A stretch of DNA of 63,737 nt, counting the filler, from Hausera hauseri (lineage: Eukaryota): the NCBI GenBank assembly GCA_046269625.1. It is 12 parts of 12 records of this genome, joined end to end, with 100 filler letters (N's around TTAATTAATTAA, not from the genome) between each part and the next. Parts side by side here need not be neighbours in the genome. Positions count along the whole stretch, not along the records: positions 1 to 4,803 come from JBJURY010430141.1; positions 4,904 to 13,571 come from JBJURY010573227.1; 10 more parts are not named here. The stretch is one strand, 5' to 3'. Below are positions 1 through 10,641 of this stretch, in pieces; position 1 is the stretch's first letter; every line of letters begins with the position of its first letter. A program made the translations under genes and the position numbers. The notes below the pieces were generated by a model that saw only the letters and a program-made list of their open reading frames with translations, was not told the DNA's origin and ran no database searches.

Positions 1-126
1 TATGAGATATTTAATGCAAGGTTATCTGCAATTTGAACTAATAATGCTATACGAAACATACGAATGAACCATAATTTAATGTATCATTTCTGTGTTTTAT
101 AGTAACAGCAGCGAACCAAAATTTCA

Positions 127-1200
127 TAATAATCATGATTTCTTCGATAGAGTACCACAGTGTAATAAAAATTTTTGTATTTAGGGAATTCTTGCAATGA
201 TAATTTTGATCAACTGGAAACGACATACCAAAATGATGCGCCATTACTGACAGCAGTGAAATACTGGGTGCGCGAGTTTAAAGATGGGAGGACATTAGTT
301 TGTGATGATCCTCGTGAAAGAATACCAGAAGAAGTTTGTTATTCCACAGATGAAAAATTGCTGGACATTGTGCGAGAAGATCGACGAATCTCTGTAAAAG
401 TGTCGGCAACTTACTTAAATATCAGTTTCAGTAATGTCCATGACAGACTGAAAGCTATTGGCATCAAAAAACTCAGTTCCAGATTTATTCCTCACCTCCT
501 GACAAGAGAAATGATGCAGAGCTGCCAAAACAACCTGAAAATTTGGGAACAACATGAAGACAAATTTATGCACAATATCATAACAGAGGATGAAATACCA
601 CTTTCCATCTACTTACCTGAGTCTAAATGAGATTTGGTGAAGTGGAAATTGCCTAGCGAAAAGCCATCATTGAGGATGCTCTCAGGGACATCACAGAGAA
701 GAACGTGGATGTTGTCCATTTTCTGGGATGCCAATGTCGTTGTGTTAATATACTTTGAAGATAAGCACACCACAATTAATGTGGAGTATTACACTGACCT
801 TATTGTAGCTGTTCATCATAAAAGAAAGAAATCCATATGCCTTCCTTTGTGGTTTTTACACGATAATGCACCTGTGCACACAGAGACCATTTCCCGGGCT
901 GCTGTTGAGAAGTCCAGATTCAGGCCTTTATATTATGCGCCATACAAACCCGATCTCGCGTCGAGTGATTTCTGGTTCTTTCGAAGTTTGTAAAAGCATT
1001 TTCGCGGTCAACCATTCTCTAATTCCAACGAATTGAAAGGCACCGTTAAGAATTTCCTAGCCGATTGTTCCAAAAAATATTTTTTAGAATGCATTCCTGG
1101 AACTCCTTACCTTTTCGAGGAGAAGTGTGGAGAGAAAGGTTCTTATGTAGGGAAACAATGCCTATGTATGGTCAACTTGTTGTGTTATAAAAATGATGCT
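127..1200 (+). pseudogene. mariner (DD34D) transposase pseudogene
   Basis: Motifs WVREFKDG, SSRFIPHLLT (WVPHEL-like), ITEDE, FLHDNAPVH and YAPYKPDLASSDFWFF. Exactly 34 aa separate the 2nd and 3rd catalytic Asp. In-frame stops at 628-630 and 991-993. Confidence 0.93.
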
Positions 1201-1886
1201 GATTAGAATTGGCTTTTAGTCTCAGTCCGGGTACTTATAAATCACACAACGAATATGTATTGTTGAAATAGAGGACTTTTAAAGACTCTTCATTTTGTCT
1301 GGAATGTTTAGTGTCCATCACAAATCAACAAGACTCATTTCATTTGGTTTGTTTTCTCGAAGTTGTATCTAAAGTAGTACACAATTTAAAAGCTACATTA
1401 ACGTATTTAAAAAGCACAAGAAAAGAGAAAATGTCACATACGTTGAACTCACATTTCTTCATATGAAATTCATATTGTTTTAGAAAACATGTACGTGGTG
1501 CGCCCAATAAGTAATAAGTCTAATGAAGAAGGAGAAAGACGAGAGAAACAAAATTTATTATAAATAAACAATATGTCAAACTTGTTTCATTTCTCAACAA
1601 AATTTCCTCGAACGTCAACGCAGTTTCTCCAGCGAACAGTCAGGTCCAAGAAGGCTGTCTTGAAGAAATCTGGGGATTTTTGTGCCAAAAAAATCATAAC
1701 TGTATCCTTCAAATCCTCTTTTCAGTAAAATTTCTGACCTCTCAAACTACGCTTAAAATAGTTGAAAAGATAGAAATCTGACGGGGCCAGATGGAGGCTG
1801 TAGGGAGGATGCGGGAGCACAGTGAGCTCACAACCTTGAATTGCAGCTGCTAACACCACATTTGTGTGAATTAAAGAATTATCGTG

Positions 1887-3681
1887 AGTAGTGTGAAAAT
1901 GTCAATTCGCCTTCACTTCCCGGGGGATACCGTAACCCTGAAACATCAATATATCGATTCGGAACCGCCGTAATGGCAACGATCACCGGTTGTCGGTATT
2001 ATGGTAATGGTTCCATGGTAATCGATAATCGATCGAGCGAAAAATCGATAAATTGATTTTTGTGGAAATCGATAATGCTCGATACATCGATCGATTTATC
2101 GGTTGTGCGAAGGTGCTAATCGATAGTGCTCACTTCTGCGCATTGACATGTGCACTTGAAATGTTTGGCGCTCTATTCGATTTGGGCGAAAATAAATAAG
2201 GTCGGTTTCCCGATAACTCCAATATCGATTATTCGAACTTGTGAACAAGTGAAATCTATCAAGAAAACTGTGCTCCATACAACTGTGCAAACTGATTTTA
2301 ATTCGGTCGATTGGTTTTTGAATAAAATAGATTCAAAAATTTGCTGAGGATGAATCGGCATAGTATTTTCTACCACAAGGACTCAAAAATCGAAAAATCC
2401 TTAAGCTCAGACAGATAGGAAACTATATAGATAGATGCTGAATCCCATGTCAGCAATTCGAATAGTCGAATAATTATCGTATCAAACTCGAAAACTTGAA
2501 GAACCGTATGTTATTTGAATTATTTGACCAGTCCAGTAGATTCCTCATTTATGAAAACCTTGTATGGTAACACAATATTTACGGTGTAGTACATGGTTGT
2601 CCATTAATTTGACATAATATATTGTATAATTCAACGGTACTTGTTAGTTTTAATTAAGTGAGGAAAGGAAAAATGTGAATTTCAAGTTGAAGGAAGCAAA
2701 AATTGAAAAATCTTTAAGAGTAGACAGATAGGAAACCATATACGGTAAATCCGATTATGATGTCAGATATTCGAAAACAAGTTCACGAGTCGAATATTTC
2801 AAGACTTGAGTATTCGAAAATCGAAAAAAAATTCAAATTTGAACTGAAATATTCAAAAGTTCATGCAATTGATGCATTAAAACAATTTCAAATTTTGTTG
2901 AATCTGTGCAGAACCTTGGCAAGAGAAGTGCAGCATGTTTACAAAACAAGTTCATGTAATAGATACATTAAAACAATTTCAAATTTTATTGCATCTAGAA
3001 TATTCGAAAATCAATAAAATTCAAATTTTAAAATCGTTAACANNNNNNNNNNGTTCATGTAATAGATACATTAAAACAATTTCAAAAAATAAAATCAAAA
3101 AAATAATAAAATAAAAAATAAAAATCAATAAAATTTAAATTTTAAAATCGTTAACAATGCAGTATATGTTGAAATGGTTATATTTATCATTATTTCAAAA
3201 ATCATTTCAACGAATGGTGAATTTTAATTCTCCTCATGAAATTTATTATTCCCATTTTGAATTTCAACTTCTTTGCTGAGTGTTTGTCAAATTTTCATGA
3301 TGATAAACAGATTTGTCACAACAAAATGAAAAGATATTTCAGTTACAGTTCCAACAAATGTGAATATTTTGTATGTCCAACATATGAGGCTGTTAGCAGA
3401 ACCAGTTATGAAGATTTCTATGATGTGGTTTGTACACGCCCTGTACATCTCATGTACATCCCAAATCACATTTCCAATTCTAAATAGGTATATAGTTAAT
3501 TTTCAAGAGATTAAAAACTCACCATTCGTAGAGTAAAAGACATACTAGTTTTGTTCTTGATAAAGACTTATTTTTTAGATGTTTTATAGGAACATAGATG
3601 ACGACGGTTCCGAATCGATATATTGATGTTTCAGGATTACGGTACCCCCGGGTGAGAACGAATCAGCATTTTCACATTACT
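1887..3681. mobile_element. Non-autonomous TIR element with Polinton/Maverick-type termini (AGTAGT...ATTACT) and a 6-bp TSD
   Basis: Imperfect inverted repeats of about 88 bp at 1887-1974 and 3598-3681. ATCGTG is duplicated at 1881-1886 and 3682-3687. Removing the insert restores the mariner HDN motif. Confidence 0.8.
3236..3487 (+). pseudogene. Degenerate Kunitz/BPTI-like small ORF inside the TIR element
   Basis: ECL...ICHNKMKRYFSYSSNKCEYFVC...VVC resembles the Kunitz C...C-x5-RY(F/Y)...C-x2-F pattern. The GCxGN motif is missing. Confidence 0.35.
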
Positions 3682-3896
3682 ATCGTGCAAATAATGCATT
3701 TCGCAATCTCTGCTCTTTCTTCCGAACATCCGGGCTTGTTGAACAAGATTTGTGAAGTATTCACTGTTGGTTCAAACGTCTGAGTAATGGAGCAGCAAAA
3801 ATAAATAATAAGCAAAGTTATTATTTATTTTTAATTTGTTTAAATATTGGATAAAAAATAAATACTTTTTAAATTCTTTAGACTTTAATTTGAATT

Positions 3897-4699
3897 ATGT
3901 ACGACAAGAAACCAAGCAAGATTCAGGATTTCGATCCTCCGACTTTGTCGAGCAAAGTCGTCTTTACTGACGACCACGCCAGAACATTGGGACTAGATAA
4001 CTCAAGTTCTCCGGACTATCACGTACACTTACGGAAATACTACCATGCCTCACTTCGGCAATTTGATGGATCATTCACTGATGAGGCCAAACGATGGCTG
4101 GAAGACATGATTCATGAAAATAAATTTTTTCGACGGCCGTTTGTGGAGCCATGTGAATTCCTGTTAACGGAACAAGCTAGAGTTCTGTGGACGGATTTCA
4201 AACAAAAGAAGGGAAACCAACCGTTGGACGAAGAAGCCATAATACAGTTTAAAACGACGTTCATGGGAAAGGGAACCCTCTCATGGAGGTGGTCGAATTG
4301 GTCAACATGTATCAGAAAGAAGAAGAAAAGTTTCTGACGTTTGAAATCAGAGTGCGTCAAGCAACTGACAAAATTTTTGAGTTGAACACAGAAGATTTTG
4401 TTCAAGAAGTGCTAAGAAAACGAATCAGCTCAAAAGTACTAAGACAGCGGTTTGTTTTCAAACCAAAAGTGAGGGTAGAAGAGATGAAGGAAGGGGCTAA
4501 AATTTTGGAAGATAGCCAAACCGTAGAAGAGTTCAAAGAAGTGGCACCAGTGAAGAAATCCTTCCGGGATTCGATAAAGTCTTCCAGCCAAAATTTCCAA
4601 AAGACAGCATACGTGAAATCAAAAGAATATGACAGAAGACCGTTCATACACATCAGTGGAAGAGAATATGCAAAAAAAGGTTTAAAACAAGGTCCATGA
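3897..4699 (+). pseudogene. LTR-retrotransposon (Ty3/Gypsy-like) Gag, frameshifted near 4283
   Basis: Capsid-like pattern FDG...AKRWL...LLTEQARVLW...FKTTF...YQKEEEKFLTFEIR spread over two overlapping ORFs. Confidence 0.55.
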
Positions 4700-4803
4700 A
4701 CAACAACACTGCGCAGGACCAGAAACTACAGTCCATTTTGATTGCAGATAGAAGAAGACAGGCTCCAACTTACTCTGCGTACAATGAATCTAGTACGCTC
4801 TGC

Positions 4804-4903
4804 NNNNNNNNNNNNNNNNNNNNNNNNNNNNNNNNNNNNNNNNNNNNTTAATTAATTAANNNNNNNNNNNNNNNNNNNNNNNNNNNNNNNNNNNNNNNNN
4901 NNN
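4804..4903. other. Artificial contig-join linker (N44-TTAATTAATTAA-N44); repeated at 13572-13671, 18700-18799, 22965-23064, 29620-29719, 33677-33776, 38678-38777, 43831-43930, 49398-49497, 55204-55303, 59546-59645
   Basis: Eleven identical 100-nt N blocks with a six-frame-stop spacer. Separate 10-N scaffold gaps occur at 3043-3052, 18282-18291, 26542-26551 and 62594-62603. Confidence 0.98.
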
Positions 4904-5131
4904 AATAAATCACTTCTCATATTGCCGTATTGTTTTCTCAGTTGGGGTTTTTATCATTTCGATTAATATTTTCTAGATGGACTTGTACCAGCACAAAACC
5001 TTCTCTATATATAGGCCTCACTGCACCAACGGGAATTCCCCATGACGTGAACTAGTTGAGGATGAATTATACTTTTAAGTTTTTATAGTCTATGTACATC
5101 GTCATTTCCTTAATTTCTACTCAAGAATAAA

Positions 5132-8100
5132 ATGGTGAACATTTGCTGTGTACCGCATTGTAAAGAGAATAAATGTGGCAAGGAAAATAAAAGTCATTTA
5201 TTTAGCTTTCCCAAGGAACCTGCACTGAGGCAAAGATGGGTTTCTGCCATTCCCAGGAAAAACTTTGAGCCAACAGCCTATTCTCGGGTAGGTATAGTCT
5301 CTAAATCATACTAAATGTATAACAGTTATAAAGTAGATCTTTGCATTATCATCAGCTATAAGATTTATGTATATTTATTGCCAATTTTTACGCATGTGTT
5401 TACATTCAACTATAATAAGAGTTGATATCGGTGATTAAATCTCACTTTTTTTTAAAGAACCGGTTCTCTATATCAAACTCTTTCCAATGATATGATAATT
5501 GGGTTATATTTTACTAAACCGTTTACACCAGGGGTGGGCAAACTTTTTGTGCGGCGGGCCGCTCTGAACACAAAAAATGTTGTCGCGGGCCGCATGTATA
5601 TTATTTCGACTTATTTACAATTTACAACGTATGAATTAATGATAAAAATGTAACCGTTTATTGCTATTTTAAATGTAATTTGCTTACAAACTGATCAAAA
5701 GTACCACTATAATTATTGAGAAAAATGCTTTTGTTAACATATTTTATGTATTTGAACTGCGAAATCAGTTTACTGGTTGTGATTCGCATTAATGCAATCA
5801 GATTGCAGTCTCCTTCGACCTGTTGTTAGACCTAAATAGTGAAAAAATGTCATTAAAGTATTTTTACTGTGGAATTGATACTTCAGGCAAAGAAACACAG
5901 AAATCCAGCAGACCTAACTTTTTTTCAGAACTATAGCGAGAATACTAAGAGAACAAAATTAACATCGACATAATCTCGAACAGCGAACGCTCTCTTGGGC
6001 CGCATAAAATGCCCTGGCGGGCCGTAGTTTGCCCACCCCTGGTTTACACGATTCAAAACGATTTAAAGACATGATATCCCAAATTTACTAGTACCATTTC
6101 TATCACATGAGATAGGCCTGCTCAATAAACTGTTATATATTCTAAAGATTGTATGCCATTATTCATTTTGCTATAATGACCTAAAACAATCCATAATATT
6201 TGTAGCACACGGAACATCCACTAAGTGTTAATGTACTACTGAGATAAGTGAAAGTGTTCCCCCTCAGCTTTTATTTCCAGCGGGGTGACACTGCATTTTC
6301 ATTGTTTAAGCTTCGGCATTACTAATTCGCATATCTATTTTCCCGGATTTTTTTTTCTAGATAGATAGATAGCTAAGTTATAGAAAGATGGTTGGTGATA
6401 GATAGCTAGGTAGTCAGAGAGAAAGATAGAGAAACAGAGATGTTGGTAATAGGCATAAAATGTTGTAGTTATGGGTATATTTTAAATCTAGTATGTATTG
6501 TATGAATAGCACATAGTGTAATATTTAGTAGGCTATATCCTTATGTAATGAATGTATAAGTAATGTCACACATTGCACATACCAGGTCAGACACATCTCA
6601 TTAATCAAACACACTAGACATGTCATCTGAGACAAAACCATCATGCATTACTTATATATTAGTAGAATTTAGCTAGACCTTAACAAATGGGATACACAAA
6701 TGTGGATTAATAAGTATTTAAAAAAAAACGAATGCCAATTTTTTTTTAATTTAATTGAATTTTAATGACAAAAAACAGGCATATGAAAATGATTATTATG
6801 CTATTGTTACAGAATAAAACATAGACCAGCGGAAATGACCTAGGGTTAATTAGGAGGGTGAGTAGAACTGTTGACAGACAACTATTATAGACGGGATAGT
6901 TGGGGGTATGGGCTAACAAGTCATGTGACATTACCTAACAAGGGACAAAGAATAGTACTAGACCATTCATTCTGAAGCGGACTAGCGAGAGAGTCGGGAG
7001 ACGTACGAGAGACAGAGTAGGATAGCGTTAGAGACAGAAGACTGGATACATGTATAAATATTAATAAACTATATATTATTGGGAATTCTGAGTTCCTCAA
7101 GTTCCTGAGTGGTCTCAGTATTTAAAATAATATAACTACCTAATGTACACGTGGTGAACATAAATTAATATAAACGCCACGTTACAGCTATATTATGATG
7201 TATTATAATAAAGTAAAGTGTACATGATTTTACAGTAATAAGTTAACAAACTTTTAAAAAAATAAAACAAAGAACAATGTTTACGTATAACATTAGGTAT
7301 ACATTTTTTTTTTACTGAAATATACATAACTGTATTATTTTTTTTTTTTTATTTTTAGATCTGCAACAAGCACTTCACTGATAAAGAAATTCTTTGGCAG
7401 ACATCTTATTATCATGAAAGATCTGGACAACTTCTAACAGCACCTCTAAAAAATCCCCGTTTAAAACCAGATGCTGTCCCATCAGTATTCATCGGCTGTC
7501 CAGAATACTACTCATCGAAGAAAAACATACGTGAAACACCTTTGGTAAAGAGACAGCGGATAGAACATAATCACATACAGACTGCAATAAAAGATAGTTT
7601 AACAACCAAAGATGAATATGATTTAAAACATAAAATATCAAATTTCAACCAGCTTAAAATTTTTGTAAAAACTATACAAGTTTCCCCATTCTGGGATATT
7701 GTTATTAAGGAAAATTTTTTATTATTCATTCATTTTGCACAGGAAGATCCCCCTATAACTTCATGTTCAATAGTTTTAAACAAATCCCTTGTTGTAAAAT
7801 TTTACTTTAAAGATAAAGAAGTAAAAGAGATTAATGGTAAATCAATCATCCAATCTATTTCTTTGATTAATGATGTTACTGATTTATTAACTTTAATTGA
7901 ACAACATTTTATACAAAATAGTTTGTCTGACACTGAGAATATTTGTGGAAAGAATGATGTGAGTAATAAATTGAATGTTGTGAAAGAGGCTATAAGTGAT
8001 CTTAAAAGTATGGATGAAATGAATGAGAATTTCTATACTTTTTTTCTCTCTCAGTTTGATCTAATTAATAAAAATAAAGAAAGATACAGATACAGTTGTG

Positions 8101-10022
8101 AAACTTTTATATTCGCTGCTGTATTTTTTCTTATTTCTCCAAAAGCGTACAAATATGTTCGGAACTGTGGATATATGATTTTACCACACCCTAATACCAT
8201 TACAAGGATTTGCAATTCTTTCAAGTTAGGGCCTGATGAAGAACAGCAGGAAGAAGGATTTTTAAAATACATGAAACAACGAGTAAAAGGATTAAGTGAG
8301 CATGAAAAAGTAGTTAGCTTAATGATAGATGAAATTTATTTAAAACAGTATGTTGATTTTAAGGGTGGGAACATAGTAGGCACTTATGATAATTCAAAAT
8401 TAGTATCAACAGCCCATGTTTTTATGATACAAAGTTTGTTGTCATCTTACAAAGATGTAGTACACATATTTCCTGTCAGTAATTTGAAAGCAAAAGATCT
8501 TTTTTGTTTGATTAAAAAAATAATTATTGGCCTTGAAGAAATAGGATTAAAAGTAATTTCTGTAGTTACTGACAATAATGTTGTTAACAGAAAATCTATG
8601 ACTTTTTTTGCATCCCCTCCAAAGTTAAGTATAGTTTACGCTCACCCATCTGATAAACAACGTCCTCTATTTTTTATATTTGACCCAGTTCATATTTTTA
8701 AATGCATCAGAAATAATTGGTTAAACCAAAAGGATGATAATGTTTCCTTTTTCTTCCCATCTATAGAAAATGTGCAAACTAAATCTGTTGCATCCTTTGA
8801 CACAATAAGAAAACTTTATGGTGCTGAATCTCATCAAATAATAAAATATAGTTACAACTTATCAGCTAAAGCTTTATGGCCTAACAATTTTGAAAGACAA
8901 AATGTCAAGTTAGTTAAACAAATATTTTCTGAAACTACAATCCAAGCTCTTAAAGAACTAGGGCCTAAATGTTTCTTACAGCATTATGCTGGAACATGTG
9001 AGTTTTTAGAAATTATACACAAATGGTGGGAAATAGTTAATGTAAAGACAACAAATGTAGGTCTTGTTAAAAATAATGAATTTAAAACTCCTTTTACTGG
9101 TGGATTTGATGATAAGAAAGTATGTTTTTTGTATAAATTTCTAGACTGGTTAGATGCTTGGAAAGAATTTAATAATAACACTGGTTTCCTTACAAACGAG
9201 ACATTTACAGCCTTATCCCACACTACCCATGCCCTCATTGAAATAGGAAATTATTGTATTAAAGAACTTAAATTTAAATATGTTTTGCTAGGAAAATTCC
9301 AAACTGATCCCCTTGAAGCTAGATTTGGCCTTTATAGACAACTAGCAGGGTCCCAGTACAATATTTCTGTTAGGCAAATTTATGAATGTGAAAAAAAGTT
9401 AAGACTATCTAGTATTTTGAGAAGCACAATTGAGGACTGTTTGTGTATTGCAGAACAAAATTACGTAGTTTCTCAATGTCAAAATTTAGAAAAATATAAT
9501 AATTTTTCAATGAGTGATCAAGACATGTTTAAATTTAAAGCAGAAATGCCTGTTATCACTTATATAGCTGGTTATTGTATAAGTGTAGTGTTAAAAAAAA
9601 TACAGTTGTGTGATGCCTGTAAAGACTGTTTACTGATGGACAAATCTTTGAATTTCTCAGATTTCAGATTAATTCTTAATTTGGACAGAGGAAATTTAAA
9701 ATATCCACAAAAACCAGTCATAGATTTAGTAATGTATAATTTTTACACCATTAAGAAATTAACAAGTAGTGATTTTTCTAAACTATTTTTTTCTGAAAAA
9801 AATCAGAGATCAACAGCAATTAGTATAACCAAATTAGTGCTTGATGAATTAGATTTCCAATATTGGACTGAATGTGAAAATTGCCCAAAAGCAAAAACAG
9901 TTGCTGATAGGATTTTGTTTACCTCTACTAACTGTATGTTAAATAATGTTTGCAAACAAAAAAATGATGAAGCGAAAAAAACAAATATGAAAAGAAAATT
10001 GTCCACACTAACAAAAATATGA
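5132..10022 (+). CDS. THAP-domain P-element-type transposase; 2 exons (5132-5287, 7359-10022), 939 aa, apparently intact
   Basis: A phase-0 GT-AG intron (5288-7358) joins CCVPHC...FSFP...W to ICNKHF...AVPSVF, giving a complete C2CH THAP. Catalytic motifs: MIDE, VTDNN, FDPVHIFKCIRNNW, ERQNVK, QTDPLEARFG. Confidence 0.93.
5529..6041. mobile_element. hAT (Buster/Charlie-type) MITE, 513 bp, in the transposase intron
   Basis: TIRs CAGGGGTGGGCAAACT / AGTTTGCCCACCCCTG, subterminal GCGGGCCG repeats, and a perfect 8-bp TSD GTTTACAC (5521-5528, 6042-6049) with central TA. Confidence 0.93.
6805..7186 (+). mobile_element. Solo LTR (382 bp) in the transposase intron
   Basis: TGTTAC...GTTACA termini, 5-bp TSD GCTAT (6800-6804, 7187-7191) and an internal AATAAA near 7064. 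Confidence 0.75.
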
Positions 10023-10529
10023 TTTCTCATAAAAAGAAATGTGTACTGGTATTTTCTGTTCACTTAATGTGTTTCATATGTAAGGCTATAATGATGTACA
10101 TACTACATTCTTATACAAATTTTATTTGTATACCAATGTTTAGATTTATTTAATTAGTGTATTTGAATTTTATTCATGCTTGTTCATTAGACAATATGCT
10201 TTCTGTTTAAATATATTATGTATGCCTCACTAGTGGACTGAATGAAATTGCATTTACAGGTCTGAGATTTTTCATTGCTTATTCTAGTATTTGCAAATTA
10301 CTTTAAAAGTTGTCCGTATGTATTGTTCAATGAAATTGTGCAATAAATGATAATTATTCCTACATATATTTCTTCTTGGGCTTGTTATTCTTTTTATATT
10401 ACAAATATAAGCATATTACTGAACTTTTCATAAACATTAAAGAAATCAAGAATGACAGGAAAAATATGTTGCAATAATAATTTATATTATGTTACATAAC
10501 ATCATCATCATGTCAATGGCTCTTTGGAT

Positions 10530-10641
10530 CCTTGTGGGTAGTACATGGGCACATCAACAGCCAACTTTATCCACTTTTGCCTCTCCTTGTGGGTAGTACA
10601 TGGGCACATCAACAGCCAACTTATCCACTTCTGCCTCTCCT
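10530..10641. repeat. Tandem duplication of about 55 bp (CCTTGTGGGTAGTACATGGGCACATCAACAGCC...)
   Basis: Two near-identical adjacent copies. Confidence 0.85.

Larger units (their letters stand above)
1494..3770 (-). mobile_element. Second mariner relic (3' part plus TIR), split by the 1887-3681 insertion
   Basis: The minus strand reads NSEYFTNLVQQ...MHYLHD (3770-3682), then HDNSLIH...VLPHPPYSLHLAPSDFYLFNYFKRSLRGQKF (1886-1730). A TA followed by a TIR-like CGTGGTGCGCCC lies at 1492-1510. Confidence 0.85.

Noticed and set aside
2950-3156. Direct repeat around the 10-N gap
   Set aside because: Probably a scaffold overlap artefact; cannot be distinguished from a real tandem duplication.
4848-4859. 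Recurrent TTAATTAATTAA palindrome as a biological repeat or CRISPR-like array
   Set aside because: It is always centred in N runs and is an artificial linker. ORFs containing X runs are artefacts.
5041-5054. CATGACGTGAACTA as the true P-element terminus
   Set aside because: The inverted repeat extends 49 bp further out to 4992 and 13341, and no direct TSD flanks the inner CATG.
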